IMG/VR virus record: IMGVR_UViG_3300003886_000004
Coordinates: 1 to 58,324 of that record
DNA length: 58,324 nucleotides
Source: a virus
Taxonomy: Duplodnaviria; Caudoviricetes
Strand: one strand, 5' to 3'
Made by a program: the position numbers and the translations under genes. Shown here piece by piece: positions 27,264 through 36,656 of the stretch. The notes beneath the pieces were generated by a model. That model saw only the letters and a list, made by a program, of their open reading frames with translations. It made no database searches and was not told where the DNA came from. Numbering within the stretch: position 1 is the first letter of the stretch; each line of letters opens with the position of its first letter.

Positions 27264-28154
27264 TCAAACCCCTTTGTATTTTCGTTTCGATCTACCTTGA
27301 TCCCAGAGAACCCTTTCATATTTATCCCACTCACACAGAGAATGTTCAATTTCTCTTAGCTCAAAGATTGGAAGATCCCACAGTGACTTAGACGAATTAG
27401 CTTGATCTAATAAATCTGTGATAAAATCTAATTCATTTTCCAGAGGAGGAAGTTGGTATGAATTTGAGTCAGTATCGAAAGGAACTTCATGAATCCTATA
27501 CAACCCTCTCGTTGCTCCTGGTCCAACATTGCACCACGTATTGACATCATAAGCATCTTTCAAAATATCAGTATGCCTCAGGTCACATACAATTTCGTAA
27601 GCCATGAAAGATCCGAGACCGTCAAATTGTACAAACGTATCTTGGAAATTTTCAAGAGAACAATCAGCACCTAATTCTCCCATCATCCAGTGTCTATTGT
27701 TCCACACTTCAGTCAATCTATCACAGATGTTAACGTACTTAGGAACTCCCTGGGAAGAAGCAATCATGTATGCCCCTGTAAACAGTCTATCCCCTCGATC
27801 TTTGAGACTCTTCAGCAATTGCTTAGCGTTAGCCTCATTCCATTTTACAGTTAACCCTTCACATACTAGCATTTCACCAGTAGGATGAGGTAGGTTAAAC
27901 CAACGAAAACAGATTGTAGCAAATACAACTTTAGGACTATCTTTCAGTGGATCACGTATGTACTTGCGAAACCACTGAGTAGTCTTATCGTTCTCTCGGT
28001 ATGGGTTAGTGAAAAAGTTATTCTGTAAAACTTCATCGTCAGTCCAAGGTTTGATTATCCCTTTCTTTCTTTTCAGATAGATCTTGTTCCTTTCCTTTAT
28101 CCAATAAAAGAACCTGTCAATAGGTTTCATCTTTTTGACTTTGCTAGTTAACAT
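27264..28154 (-). CDS. aGPT-Pplase1 family protein (HhH-glycosylase-like base-modification protein)
   Basis: WIKER, WTDDEVLQ..FFTNPYRENDK, FRWFN, FTGAYMI, FMAYEIVCDL, GPGATRGL and EIEHSLCEWDKY motifs. Confidence 0.88.
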   Translation of the reverse strand: MLTSKVKKMKPIDRFFYWIKERNKIYLKRKKGIIKPWTDDEVLQNNFFTNPYRENDKTTQWFRKYIRDPLKDSPKVVFATICFRWFNLPHPTGEMLVCEGLTVKWNEANAKQLLKSLKDRGDRLFTGAYMIASSQGVPKYVNICDRLTEVWNNRHWMMGELGADCSLENFQDTFVQFDGLGSFMAYEIVCDLRHTDILKDAYDVNTWCNVGPGATRGLYRIHEVPFDTDSNSYQLPPLENELDFITDLLDQANSSKSLWDLPIFELREIEHSLCEWDKYERVLWDQGRSKRKYKGV

Positions 28155-28380
28155 CAGTAGTCTCCAATCCTTGTGCGTACTTCACATGGTGGGGATAATT
28201 TTTACTCCACGATTGTTGAAGGAGCCAGAACCAATAAGTGTCAGGGATATCTTTTAACTTATAACCTTTGTAAGTTCCCCAGGTCATAATTGATTGATCA
28301 TGTAACAGAATAACGTTACTCTGTTTGATGGTTTCGTTTTGTTCAAGTAGTTTGTTTCGATTTAGATTACAGTGTGGCAT
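28144..28380 (-). CDS. DUF3820-like small protein
   Basis: MTWGTYKGYKLKDIPDTYWFWL motif. Confidence 0.65.
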   Translation of the reverse strand: MPHCNLNRNKLLEQNETIKQSNVILLHDQSIMTWGTYKGYKLKDIPDTYWFWLLQQSWSKNYPHHVKYAQGLETTDVN

Positions 28381-30472
28381 TTTCTCCCCAACTAGTTTCG
28401 TGGTAGTCAATTCCTACAGTTAAAGGAACATTGATATCGTTCCCTATATTTTCCATTATACTCTGAATCATTTTTACCTTTCCTAAGTTACGTTTGTTAG
28501 GTCGATACGGAAAATCTAAAACAAGTTCATCGTGTACCTGCATAACAATGTGGTAGTCGAGCAGATCTTTAAGATACTCATACACGTCTACCATAGCTCG
28601 AACCATGACCCAACATGCTGTACCTTGAACGTGATAGTTCAAAGGGATTGTAGGTGATATTTTCCCCCAAGAAGTTGTAGCACAGTAGAGAGGGTATCCT
28701 TGATCCCCTACAGATGAATCAGGAATAGTTTCTACGTAACCGTGTTCATTGGCAAAGTTTATCCAATACTGGTTTAACTTCTCTTGTTTCTTGAATCTGG
28801 CTTTTAATAATCTGTAACACCCTAATCTACGGAAAGTAGCATTTGCTGTAGCTTCTTGTGCCCCGTATTGAATAGCAAACCCTCCATTTTTACACCACTG
28901 ATACCAAGTAGATTTGTATAGATCTTTTATCAGAGTACCTATTTGTTGGGGTCCAACGTCTTGTAAATGTTTGTTCCAAATATCAGGATAGATTGTAGAA
29001 AAGTTCAAAAGATGAACAGAACCAAAATAAGGAGGTTTGTCGGAATATTCAAATAAGTCTACTAATTCAGATTCTTTTGATTCGTAAGCAGGAATACGTA
29101 ACTCGATGTTGTTGTAATCTAATGACCACCACTCTCTACCTGGACTAGGTCCAAATGCGTATCTAAGATTTTTACCCTGTTCATCTTTTTGTTTTGAAAT
29201 AACCTGTTGACTGGGGTTCTTAGATGACCAACGAAGTGTACTTGTTCCTGTCGGGTTTAATGACGGATGCAGACAAAACCAACCTTTATCAGAAGTTTCT
29301 TTCCAAAATCTTACATAACTTTCCATGTAGTTACAAGAGACGTCTAATTTTCGTTTGATCTCTAGGCCAGTAAAAAACGTTTTTGCCAGTGATCGAGTTC
29401 GTGAAGTATCTTTGTACTTGCTTACTACTTCTTTAGTTAAAGATGGGTTACCAGTAGGTGTGTATTCCAGTGGTACCATATTGAGTAGATCGTGATGTGT
29501 TTCAGAACTATCTGTATACCCAAAAACAAAATTTAAGAGAGAATTGTTATTCCCTGATTTTGGTAATTCTAAATCGTACCCAAATGAAGCTGCTAGGTTT
29601 TTACATATTCTACCTTGTTTGTTTGATTCTTTCTGATACGTGTAATACAGTTCATCTAACTTATCTCTAGACAAAGTTATTCCATAATTCTGCATATCTG
29701 AAACTATATGCAGTAACTTGTTTCTGTATAAATACAAATCAGTTAAGTTTAATTCCTCTAATTTTTTACAGACCAATTGATAGAGGATCATTGTAGAAGC
29801 TGAATCAACGTTTGCATACGTAGAACAAAGATTGTACCAGGGGTGAAGTTTAGAAGACATTCCCTGTGTCCAATTTTTGTCTTGATCCGTATCCTCTTCA
29901 TCAATTTCAGGTAATAATTCAGGAGCTAATTTACACAAAGCTCGAAGCAACCACATATCCGATTTCCAAGGTTTCCCCTTTAATGAGGGCATCTGTGGAT
30001 CTGTTATAGTTGATATCCACCAATCAGGTAAAGAACGTCTAACAATGTTTCTTGCTTTTTTTGTTGCCTCTTTCAACACAGTCTCATACTGACGTATATT
30101 GATTCCAAGGTGGACCAAAACCATTGTAGCCAGATCTTTTGGCTGAGAAGAATTTAATAAATGTCCCCCTAACATCGTGTCTCTAGTTTTTCCCCAATCC
30201 CAATTATCTGTCCATCTTCTGTACTTCAAAGTTTTCAACATCGTTACATCAAATACAACATTGTGACCTACGGTAGTTTTAGCTTTTCTAAACTGTCTGT
30301 CTATTTGGGTTAAATGATGGTTTGGAATTTTAGGTATTCTTGTCAAAGGGTCAACATCCCATTCCCAAATATACTGGTTTTCCTGGTCATCACAAATTGT
30401 TACGATATAAGGCATTGAATTATGGTAAGGATCTAATCCAGTACATTCAGTATCAAAAGCTATATCAACCAT
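28367..30472 (-). CDS. polA: DNA polymerase family A with 3'-5' exonuclease
   Basis: FDTECTG and GHNVVFD (exonuclease); SLDYNNIELR (motif A), KNGGFAIQYG (motif B), QVHDELV (motif C). Confidence 0.93.
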   Translation of the reverse strand: MVDIAFDTECTGLDPYHNSMPYIVTICDDQENQYIWEWDVDPLTRIPKIPNHHLTQIDRQFRKAKTTVGHNVVFDVTMLKTLKYRRWTDNWDWGKTRDTMLGGHLLNSSQPKDLATMVLVHLGINIRQYETVLKEATKKARNIVRRSLPDWWISTITDPQMPSLKGKPWKSDMWLLRALCKLAPELLPEIDEEDTDQDKNWTQGMSSKLHPWYNLCSTYANVDSASTMILYQLVCKKLEELNLTDLYLYRNKLLHIVSDMQNYGITLSRDKLDELYYTYQKESNKQGRICKNLAASFGYDLELPKSGNNNSLLNFVFGYTDSSETHHDLLNMVPLEYTPTGNPSLTKEVVSKYKDTSRTRSLAKTFFTGLEIKRKLDVSCNYMESYVRFWKETSDKGWFCLHPSLNPTGTSTLRWSSKNPSQQVISKQKDEQGKNLRYAFGPSPGREWWSLDYNNIELRIPAYESKESELVDLFEYSDKPPYFGSVHLLNFSTIYPDIWNKHLQDVGPQQIGTLIKDLYKSTWYQWCKNGGFAIQYGAQEATANATFRRLGCYRLLKARFKKQEKLNQYWINFANEHGYVETIPDSSVGDQGYPLYCATTSWGKISPTIPLNYHVQGTACWVMVRAMVDVYEYLKDLLDYHIVMQVHDELVLDFPYRPNKRNLGKVKMIQSIMENIGNDINVPLTVGIDYHETSWGENATL

Positions 30473-31056
30473 TAAAGACTTTTCCAAATTGAAGACAGTT
30501 CAGTATTCCAACGATCAATGTAATCTTGTGCTGTGGTGTAAGGTGAAGAGTATTCTGTGCCTTGGATGGATAATTTCCAATCTGTCCAAGAAGCGTATTC
30601 ACCTAGAATGATTTTAGTTTCAACAAACTTATCCCTTTCTAATTTTGATTTCCTAACTAACCTGGCCTGGGACAAAACTTGATCCCCATGATCGATAATT
30701 GCAGCATACCTAGAGTGACTTAACTCATTCTTGGTCAATTGTGCCCGCAACCTACCATCGTGAATATAGCAATGACAGGCATGACAGAGAGGAACAGTCT
30801 CTAGGTATTCCATTATCCCTAGTTCATAATCAATTTGGTAGAGTTCATGACCTTCCAGATGATGATGAAATTTAGCCTTTAATTTATGTACACCACAGGA
30901 TGCACATCTGTAATTAGTTGAAGCGTATGCTTCTCCTCTGGTTTTATTCCACCACTTAGAACCTAATACTGTTCTAGGATTCATCCCGTGTAAAGGGAGA
31001 GGAATGTTTTCACTCAACAATACAGAAGGATTTAATTTCCAATCAGACATAGACAT
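30472..31056 (-). CDS. HNH-family nuclease
   Basis: CASCG...LEGHE...LCHACHCYIH. Confidence 0.8.
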   Translation of the reverse strand: MSMSDWKLNPSVLLSENIPLPLHGMNPRTVLGSKWWNKTRGEAYASTNYRCASCGVHKLKAKFHHHLEGHELYQIDYELGIMEYLETVPLCHACHCYIHDGRLRAQLTKNELSHSRYAAIIDHGDQVLSQARLVRKSKLERDKFVETKIILGEYASWTDWKLSIQGTEYSSPYTTAQDYIDRWNTELSSIWKSL

Positions 31057-31059
31057 TAG

Positions 31060-31503
31060 TTACTCATCAACTCCGTCAAGTCTGTTTAAGTCTAATCTCC
31101 AACCTCTATTTCCTGAACCAAGAGTACAATGAAAAACTTGACATGTTTCAGGTCTATCCTTGTAAATTTTACATGATCGAGTTGTCCGATCTAAACAAGC
31201 ACACCAAGAATCAGAAGATCTGACCATTTCCAACCCCTCCTCTTCATCATCTTTGACAACGACCGGAAGTTGTAGTTTCGGTTTAACCTTTCTAGCTGCT
31301 TTCTCTATTCCTTCTCTTTCGTTTTCCTTTACGGAAATGTCTGAAAGACTACAACAAGCTGATTTACAAAAAGGGAGAGCGTCTTTACAATCACATTCGT
31401 ATCTGAGATATACTCCATCAGATCCGGTTTCAATTACAATTGGACCTGAAGGGGTAATCTTCAATACTGAACGATTCGGAACGCTTGGAAAACTTTCATT
31501 CAT
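31060..31503 (-). CDS. YkgJ-family Cys-cluster (Zn/Fe-S) protein
   Basis: CKSACC...CACLD...CKIYKDRPETCQVFHC. Confidence 0.85.
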   Translation of the reverse strand: MNESFPSVPNRSVLKITPSGPIVIETGSDGVYLRYECDCKDALPFCKSACCSLSDISVKENEREGIEKAARKVKPKLQLPVVVKDDEEEGLEMVRSSDSWCACLDRTTRSCKIYKDRPETCQVFHCTLGSGNRGWRLDLNRLDGVDE

Positions 31504-31708
31504 TCGGAAAACCTTTAACGTAGCTAGGGAGGGAAATAAGAGGCCTAGGATCGATTCTAACGCACTTTTTGAGGATTGGCCTAGACTTTACCCTTTTTTG
31601 TGTCAAACGCTTCCCCGTACCCTTACACGGGACGCATGGGAAACCTTTTGTAGATGTACCACTACCAAGGCAAGCGATACAAAGTATTTTAGGTTTGAAA
31701 ACAGGCAA
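31496..31708 (-). CDS. Small DnaJ-type Zn-finger protein
   Basis: CIACLGSG...CVPCKGTG. Confidence 0.55.
   Translation of the reverse strand: MPVFKPKILCIACLGSGTSTKGFPCVPCKGTGKRLTQKRVKSRPILKKCVRIDPRPLISLPSYVKGFPNE
31515..31640. repeat. Helically phased element, copy 3
   Basis: ggcctaggatcgattctaa at 31542-31560 matches copy 1. Confidence 0.55.
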
Positions 31709-31723
31709 GGATTATCCAAAGGT

Positions 31724-31758
31724 AAAAAATAAACCTACCCTATATTTCAAGGGTAGGT
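31724..31758 (-). terminator. Intrinsic terminator
   Basis: ACCTACCC/GGGTAGGT stem followed by TTATTTTTT. Confidence 0.7.
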
Positions 31759-31786
31759 CTGGTTAAAGAAAAAACAGGAACGTAAT

Positions 31787-32929
31787 CTAGCCTTCCAGAT
31801 CATCCCAGGAAACAGACTTGTAAACTTCTGCATTGTCGAGATTTTTGAGATTACAAGTTTCTTTGGTTTTGAATACCGCAGTTACTTGACACTCAACTGC
31901 TTTTTTCTTACTTGGTGCTTTGTACAAAACCACGTCATCTTTTTCAGGGATGTATGATTCTTCATCATCCTCTTCACCCTCTTCATCTTCACTATCCTCT
32001 GATTCCCCTTCATCCAGGAACCCACCTAAAGAAACCCAATCTTCATAATCGTTAGGATCGATTCCACGAGACTCAGATTCATCAGTCAAAGAGGTGATTG
32101 CATCTTCATCGTCCAAATCAGCATCAACTCCTAGAGCAGCGAATGTTGCCTCTTCCTCTTCCTCTTCCTCTTCCTCTTCCTCTTCCTCTTCCTCTTCAGA
32201 CAAAACTTCAACTAAGTCTGCCCAAGTTTCATATTCATCAGGATCCAAATCTGATTCAAGAGCGAGTTTGGTCAACTCAGCTTGTGATTCTTCATCTTCT
32301 CCATCCGCTGATTCTCCCAAAGCGACCAAATCAACATCGTCACTTTCTTCCTCTGCTTCTTCAACATCGTCACTTTCTTCGGGTTCGTAACCTTCAGCTA
32401 CCCCATACCAAACACTCTGTACTCTTGGATTAGGGTACTCTTTAGTTCCTTCTCCTATCCAGGTTCGGAAACTAAAACAAGGAGCTTCTTCAAGCAGTTC
32501 CTTACAAGCTGTTTCCAAATCATCAAATTCCAACTCAGAAGTATCTAATCCTAGAAGTTGAAGATTGTTCACCATCGATTTCAAGTGTTCATCAAGAGTC
32601 TTCTTTTTACCTCCTGAATTTGGGGTATCACAAAGAGGTTCTCGAACAAGGAAAACACTTTCCCCGGCTGTTTGAACTTCAACTCCATCGACTTCAACTG
32701 AGGTTGGTTCAAGACACGTACCACGAGCAAAGAAGTAAACTTCCCCTTTCAAGTCACCATCTTCGTAGGTATCGAACCCACAATCAACCAGTTGTGCCAC
32801 ACCGTTACGAATACCAGGAGGAAGACCTCCGCCACCAGGTAATTCAGTATCGTTGTCTTTATTGGAGTTAAATGACTTCTTTCCTTTTGCAGACAATTTA
32901 GACAACACACTTTTCGATCTTCTTACCAT
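31787..32929 (-). CDS. Putative ssDNA-binding protein with a very acidic repeated region
   Basis: Beta-rich N-terminal domain downstream of the Sak4-like ATPase (usual SSB position); poly-Glu; two ~45-aa acidic repeats; small C-terminal beta domain. Confidence 0.55.
   Translation of the reverse strand: MVRRSKSVLSKLSAKGKKSFNSNKDNDTELPGGGGLPPGIRNGVAQLVDCGFDTYEDGDLKGEVYFFARGTCLEPTSVEVDGVEVQTAGESVFLVREPLCDTPNSGGKKKTLDEHLKSMVNNLQLLGLDTSELEFDDLETACKELLEEAPCFSFRTWIGEGTKEYPNPRVQSVWYGVAEGYEPEESDDVEEAEEESDDVDLVALGESADGEDEESQAELTKLALESDLDPDEYETWADLVEVLSEEEEEEEEEEEEEEEEATFAALGVDADLDDEDAITSLTDESESRGIDPNDYEDWVSLGGFLDEGESEDSEDEEGEEDDEESYIPEKDDVVLYKAPSKKKAVECQVTAVFKTKETCNLKNLDNAEVYKSVSWDDLEG
32149..32197. 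repeat. (CCTCTT)n microsatellite encoding poly-Glu
   Basis: About 8 hexamer units, in frame. Confidence 0.9.
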
Positions 32930-32972
32930 TACAAAACTTTCAAAACTGAGAAACTAATTAACAAAACTACAA

Positions 32973-33167
32973 CTACACAGAATCTTTTTCTATTTCAGAA
33001 CCTCCAATCAATTTATCACGTAAGATCAATTTTTCACGTAAAATGATCTTGTCCTTCGGTGCTTCTATTCCAATTTTAGCACGACCCCTTGAATAACCTA
33101 AAATCTGAATTTTGATTTCATTATCGATCATCACTGACTCACCCTTTTTTACAGTCAAAACTAACAC
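32973..33167 (-). CDS. csrA: CsrA/RsmA-like translational regulator
   Basis: (M)LVLTVKKGESVMIDNEIKIQIL...AKIGIEAPKDKIILRE; GGAGG RBS before a GTG start. Confidence 0.88.
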   Translation of the reverse strand: MLVLTVKKGESVMIDNEIKIQILGYSRGRAKIGIEAPKDKIILREKLILRDKLIGGSEIEKDSV

Positions 33168-33168
33168 G

Positions 33169-33987
33169 TCAATTTCCTCCAATCAAATGAACTATTTTTT
33201 TGTATGTTGGATCAACAATAACTTCTGGAAGATCTTGAGAAGATCTAGGACGACGGAACTTTGTTTTGTATACTGCATTCGGTCCAATCCTCAAACAGTA
33301 ATCAACTCCCGGAACTGATTTGATTTTAGTTTTCAATTTTCCCCTGATCTTAACCTTCACCTCTTTTGTTTTTGTACGTAGGAAAGTATGCCCTATGTAA
33401 TCAGCTTCTGGGTTTAACCAACTAGCTATAGAAGGACTTACCGCAGGACCAACAAAAGGTACTACAATTTCACTATCTTCAGTCACATCGAATTCACGCT
33501 CTTGGGCAATAATAACTCTGTGTGCATGTTTTTGACCCATGATCAATCTCAAATACTCTTTGACTTGGATACCAACTTGCATCCAATCAGAACGGGTCGC
33601 CATACCCCAAGTATTTTGAATAGGTATTTCATCTAATCCCAGAATCTCTTTTAACACTAAAGACTGAAGACTTGAAACACCGTCAAGAATTATGGTTTCA
33701 TACTCAGAGAATTTTGGAGCGAGGTCTGTAACTATTTGAATTGATTTATCGATCTCTGCATAATAAAGACCTTTAGTATCAAACACACTCAGAGTACCAT
33801 CTTCAACACAGACGATCAAAGCTTTCTTGGGAAACGTACTAGCTAAGGTAGTTTTACCACTCGCACTACTCCCGTAAAGCACCATTGAGATTTTCCGGTT
33901 ACCACGACTAACAGGACGAATAACAGCAGAGCTAAAACTTTTTCTCACTTTTGCAGGTTTTCTTCTTTTCTTTTTGACAACAACCAT
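33169..33987 (-). CDS. AAA_24/Sak4-like ATPase (recombinase)
   Basis: VLYGSSASGKTTLASTFP, IILDGVS and IIAQE motifs. Confidence 0.85.
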   Translation of the reverse strand: MVVVKKKRRKPAKVRKSFSSAVIRPVSRGNRKISMVLYGSSASGKTTLASTFPKKALIVCVEDGTLSVFDTKGLYYAEIDKSIQIVTDLAPKFSEYETIILDGVSSLQSLVLKEILGLDEIPIQNTWGMATRSDWMQVGIQVKEYLRLIMGQKHAHRVIIAQEREFDVTEDSEIVVPFVGPAVSPSIASWLNPEADYIGHTFLRTKTKEVKVKIRGKLKTKIKSVPGVDYCLRIGPNAVYKTKFRRPRSSQDLPEVIVDPTYKKIVHLIGGN

Positions 33988-34067
33988 AAACTACAACTTT
34001 TGATTCAAAGTAAATTTGACCTTATTCACATGTATTCAACTACACCGCCGATCCAATACCTAGTATA

Positions 34068-35210
34068 TCACACGTTTGAAAGTTCAGGAAACATCTCAGT
34101 AGTTCTCACTAACCCAGTAGAATTGTTTGTAGCTAAGTAGTGATCAAGATCACCTGTAACTTTCTGAGAGATAGTATTCCAAATACCATAAGGGGTTCGA
34201 TAATGTCTTCTCTGGTGTTCAGGAAACTCTTTAGCTCGAACACTAAAATCGAAAGGACTGATTCCTTTGTTTTTTATACAGTATTCCCACCAAACAAAAT
34301 CATCACATAAGTTTCCCAAAATAGGATTTAGACATTGTTCTTCAAACTTATCTAAATCTGAATCAGTGATTCCCATATCCCAACGCATAAAAAAATAATC
34401 CTTATCATCTTCTATGATCTTTCTCAATCGATCGTGGTATTCCTTTTCGGTTTCAGGAGGTACATTTTTTGATCCTTTCAATTGTCTGATCGATCCTCGT
34501 CCACCTGATAAAGGACGTCTGACAACATTGTAATTGACCCCTTTTATTTTAGCTGTATTAGGTACCCCCTTAATCTGATTAGTCTTCATGTACTTTCTCA
34601 ATGCAACCAGATACGTACCTACTTGTAAATCAAACGATAAATTCAAAGATATTGAATCTTCGTCAATTGTTCCTTTGCTTTTGTTTTCAGTTAAGTAGAC
34701 TCCATCCCGTTTCCAATAATCAACCGCGTCCCATTTTCCCCGAAGTACAACTTCCAATCCCCCGATCGGATAATCAATTTTGAACTCCTTTTCTTGAAAC
34801 ATCGGAACCCTAGATTTTGAAGTATCTTCTTTCCAAACAGTTTCATAGATCGAAAATTGTAGTGTGCAGATCTTGAACCATTTATCAATCTGTTCTTGTT
34901 GATAAGGGTACTCAGTACATAACTCTGTGACAAACTTTTTTAGTTGTGGTTTCCAACTTTCACTACGTTTCAAACATTCTTCACAAAGATGCCACATCTG
35001 CCCGTATTCAATAGCATGATTGAATCCTCCTTGCTCTTTCAAGCCTTCAACAAACGTGATTCTAAATCTTTCAGGACAAACAAAATACTGACCTAGAATC
35101 GATTGAGTTACACCGTCTGTCAACGGACCTTTCCAAGCAGGAGTAAGGTATTCAGGGAGTAACTTGGCCCTTTTTGTTTTCTTCTTTAGTAGTTTAGACA
35201 GCTTTGACAT
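34068..35210 (-). CDS. PD-(D/E)XK exonuclease (Cas4/RecB-like)
   Basis: CPERF, GQMWH, RGKWDAV...ENKSK and QVGTY motifs. Confidence 0.82.
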   Translation of the reverse strand: MSKLSKLLKKKTKRAKLLPEYLTPAWKGPLTDGVTQSILGQYFVCPERFRITFVEGLKEQGGFNHAIEYGQMWHLCEECLKRSESWKPQLKKFVTELCTEYPYQQEQIDKWFKICTLQFSIYETVWKEDTSKSRVPMFQEKEFKIDYPIGGLEVVLRGKWDAVDYWKRDGVYLTENKSKGTIDEDSISLNLSFDLQVGTYLVALRKYMKTNQIKGVPNTAKIKGVNYNVVRRPLSGGRGSIRQLKGSKNVPPETEKEYHDRLRKIIEDDKDYFFMRWDMGITDSDLDKFEEQCLNPILGNLCDDFVWWEYCIKNKGISPFDFSVRAKEFPEHQRRHYRTPYGIWNTISQKVTGDLDHYLATNNSTGLVRTTEMFPELSNV

Positions 35211-35745
35211 GTGTGACCAGTTCACTTAGAGATTCGATTGTTTCTTGCACGTAGGTACCTTGGTTCATTTTATCCATTCTCAATAGTGAGGCAGGATGAA
35301 TCAAGTTACACCAAATATATCTGTCTTTTGAACACTGTAAAGATTTTTGAGTTAATTTTTGAGAAAGCTTACCCACACAAACAATAACTGTTGGATCTGC
35401 CATATCAACAAGTTCTCTGAGTCTAGGCGAACACGACAAAACATCTTCTTCATCAGGTTTGTGTATTCCTTGATCTTTGTTATCCTTTGGGATACAGGCA
35501 ACTAGATTAGTAAACAGTAATTTGTACTTGTTCAATCCGCTCAGATTGATTAGTTTAGTCAAAAGATTACCAGCGGGACCAACAAAAGGCTTACCAATCA
35601 CATTTTCAGATAAACCAGGAGCTTCACCAACAAATAACACGTCGCAGGGGATCGAACCTCTAGCAAGTACAACTTTCATTCTTTGTTTGTACAACTTACA
35701 AAGTTTACAGGATTTCCAGTTATTCTTGTGTTGAATGTATTTCAT
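35194..35745 (-). CDS. Uracil-DNA glycosylase family 4-like (Fe-S)
   Basis: CKLCKL, FVGEAPG, PFVGPAG, TNLVACIP and IHPA motifs. Confidence 0.9.
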   Translation of the reverse strand: MKYIQHKNNWKSCKLCKLYKQRMKVVLARGSIPCDVLFVGEAPGLSENVIGKPFVGPAGNLLTKLINLSGLNKYKLLFTNLVACIPKDNKDQGIHKPDEEDVLSCSPRLRELVDMADPTVIVCVGKLSQKLTQKSLQCSKDRYIWCNLIHPASLLRMDKMNQGTYVQETIESLSELVTHVKAV

Positions 35746-36293
35746 TTTCTTTTTCGTTTGGGTATCTTGGCAGGTTTTGATTGGTTCATTCTTCTAATAT
35801 ACTCTGCAATCAAAAGAGCGTCACAAAGTTGTAGTTGTGAATTTACAGAAAGATTCCACATTTCCAGATTAGGGAATAAAATCTCAGCAACATCACGTAA
35901 CCTCAATTTATATTCAGAAGAAGTTTCAATAAATTTCCTACCTTGTTTCATCCTGGGAGGAATGTTCAACCCTTTTTGCCACTCTTTAGGTTGTACCTTT
36001 GTGTGATCGATTCCCTGAATACACAAACAGCCTTCGAGGATACCTACTTGTTTACCAAAATTGAAGGTGCCTTTTGCTGAACTACCATAAATAGCGTGAA
36101 CATCTTCCATATAAACAAAAAATTGAGTGTTCCATTTTGGCAATCCCTTTATTAAACTTCTAACTGTGAGTTTTGTTTCCTTAAAAAATACAAATCCTTC
36201 AACAGTCAACTCACCTTCAGACCTCGCCAATTTAACTATTGCACCCTTTTGACCAGGATCAATACCAATAAAATACTCAGTAACAACAGTCAT
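35742..36293 (-). CDS. RuvC-like Holliday junction resolvase
   Basis: IGIDPG, MEDVH, PKEWQK and DALLIA motifs. Confidence 0.85.
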   Translation of the reverse strand: MTVVTEYFIGIDPGQKGAIVKLARSEGELTVEGFVFFKETKLTVRSLIKGLPKWNTQFFVYMEDVHAIYGSSAKGTFNFGKQVGILEGCLCIQGIDHTKVQPKEWQKGLNIPPRMKQGRKFIETSSEYKLRLRDVAEILFPNLEMWNLSVNSQLQLCDALLIAEYIRRMNQSKPAKIPKRKRK

Positions 36294-36595
36294 ATATATC
36301 TCTCCTCAGGGGTACAGTAAGTGTGTATACAGTAACAGTAGAACTTTACCTTTGGTAGACTGAGTATCCCCAGTACTGCTTAATAATAAAACAGTACTCA
36401 GGGTCTACGGTAAATTTTACCTTTAGCTACTTATCTTTAGACAGCAACCTTGTCCTCTACTATCGAGCCTTACTAAAGCGACCCCGTACCACCCTTAGGA
36501 CTTTGACCTAGGTTGTCGGTTTGGTACGTTCCCCCTTGTACCGACGTTGTGTGATCATACCAAGCGATTCATTGGACGCCATACGATCTATATCT

Positions 36596-36604
36596 AGTAT
36601 ACCA
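36596..36604 (-). promoter_or_regulatory. Possible leftward extended -10 promoter
   Basis: TGG-TATACT on the minus strand in the divergent intergenic region. Confidence 0.35.
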
Positions 36605-36656
36605 TTCGATGGAGAAACTCTTTTTTAATTGTGGTAGGGAGTGGTCATTTATGGGG

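Noticed and set aside
32094-32433. Plus-strand poly-Ser and (LP)n ORFs
   Set aside because: They are antisense shadows of the poly-Glu microsatellite.
34068-35210. CRISPR-Cas system suggested by the Cas4-like nuclease
   Set aside because: No repeat-spacer array or other cas genes were seen; the context is a phage recombination module.
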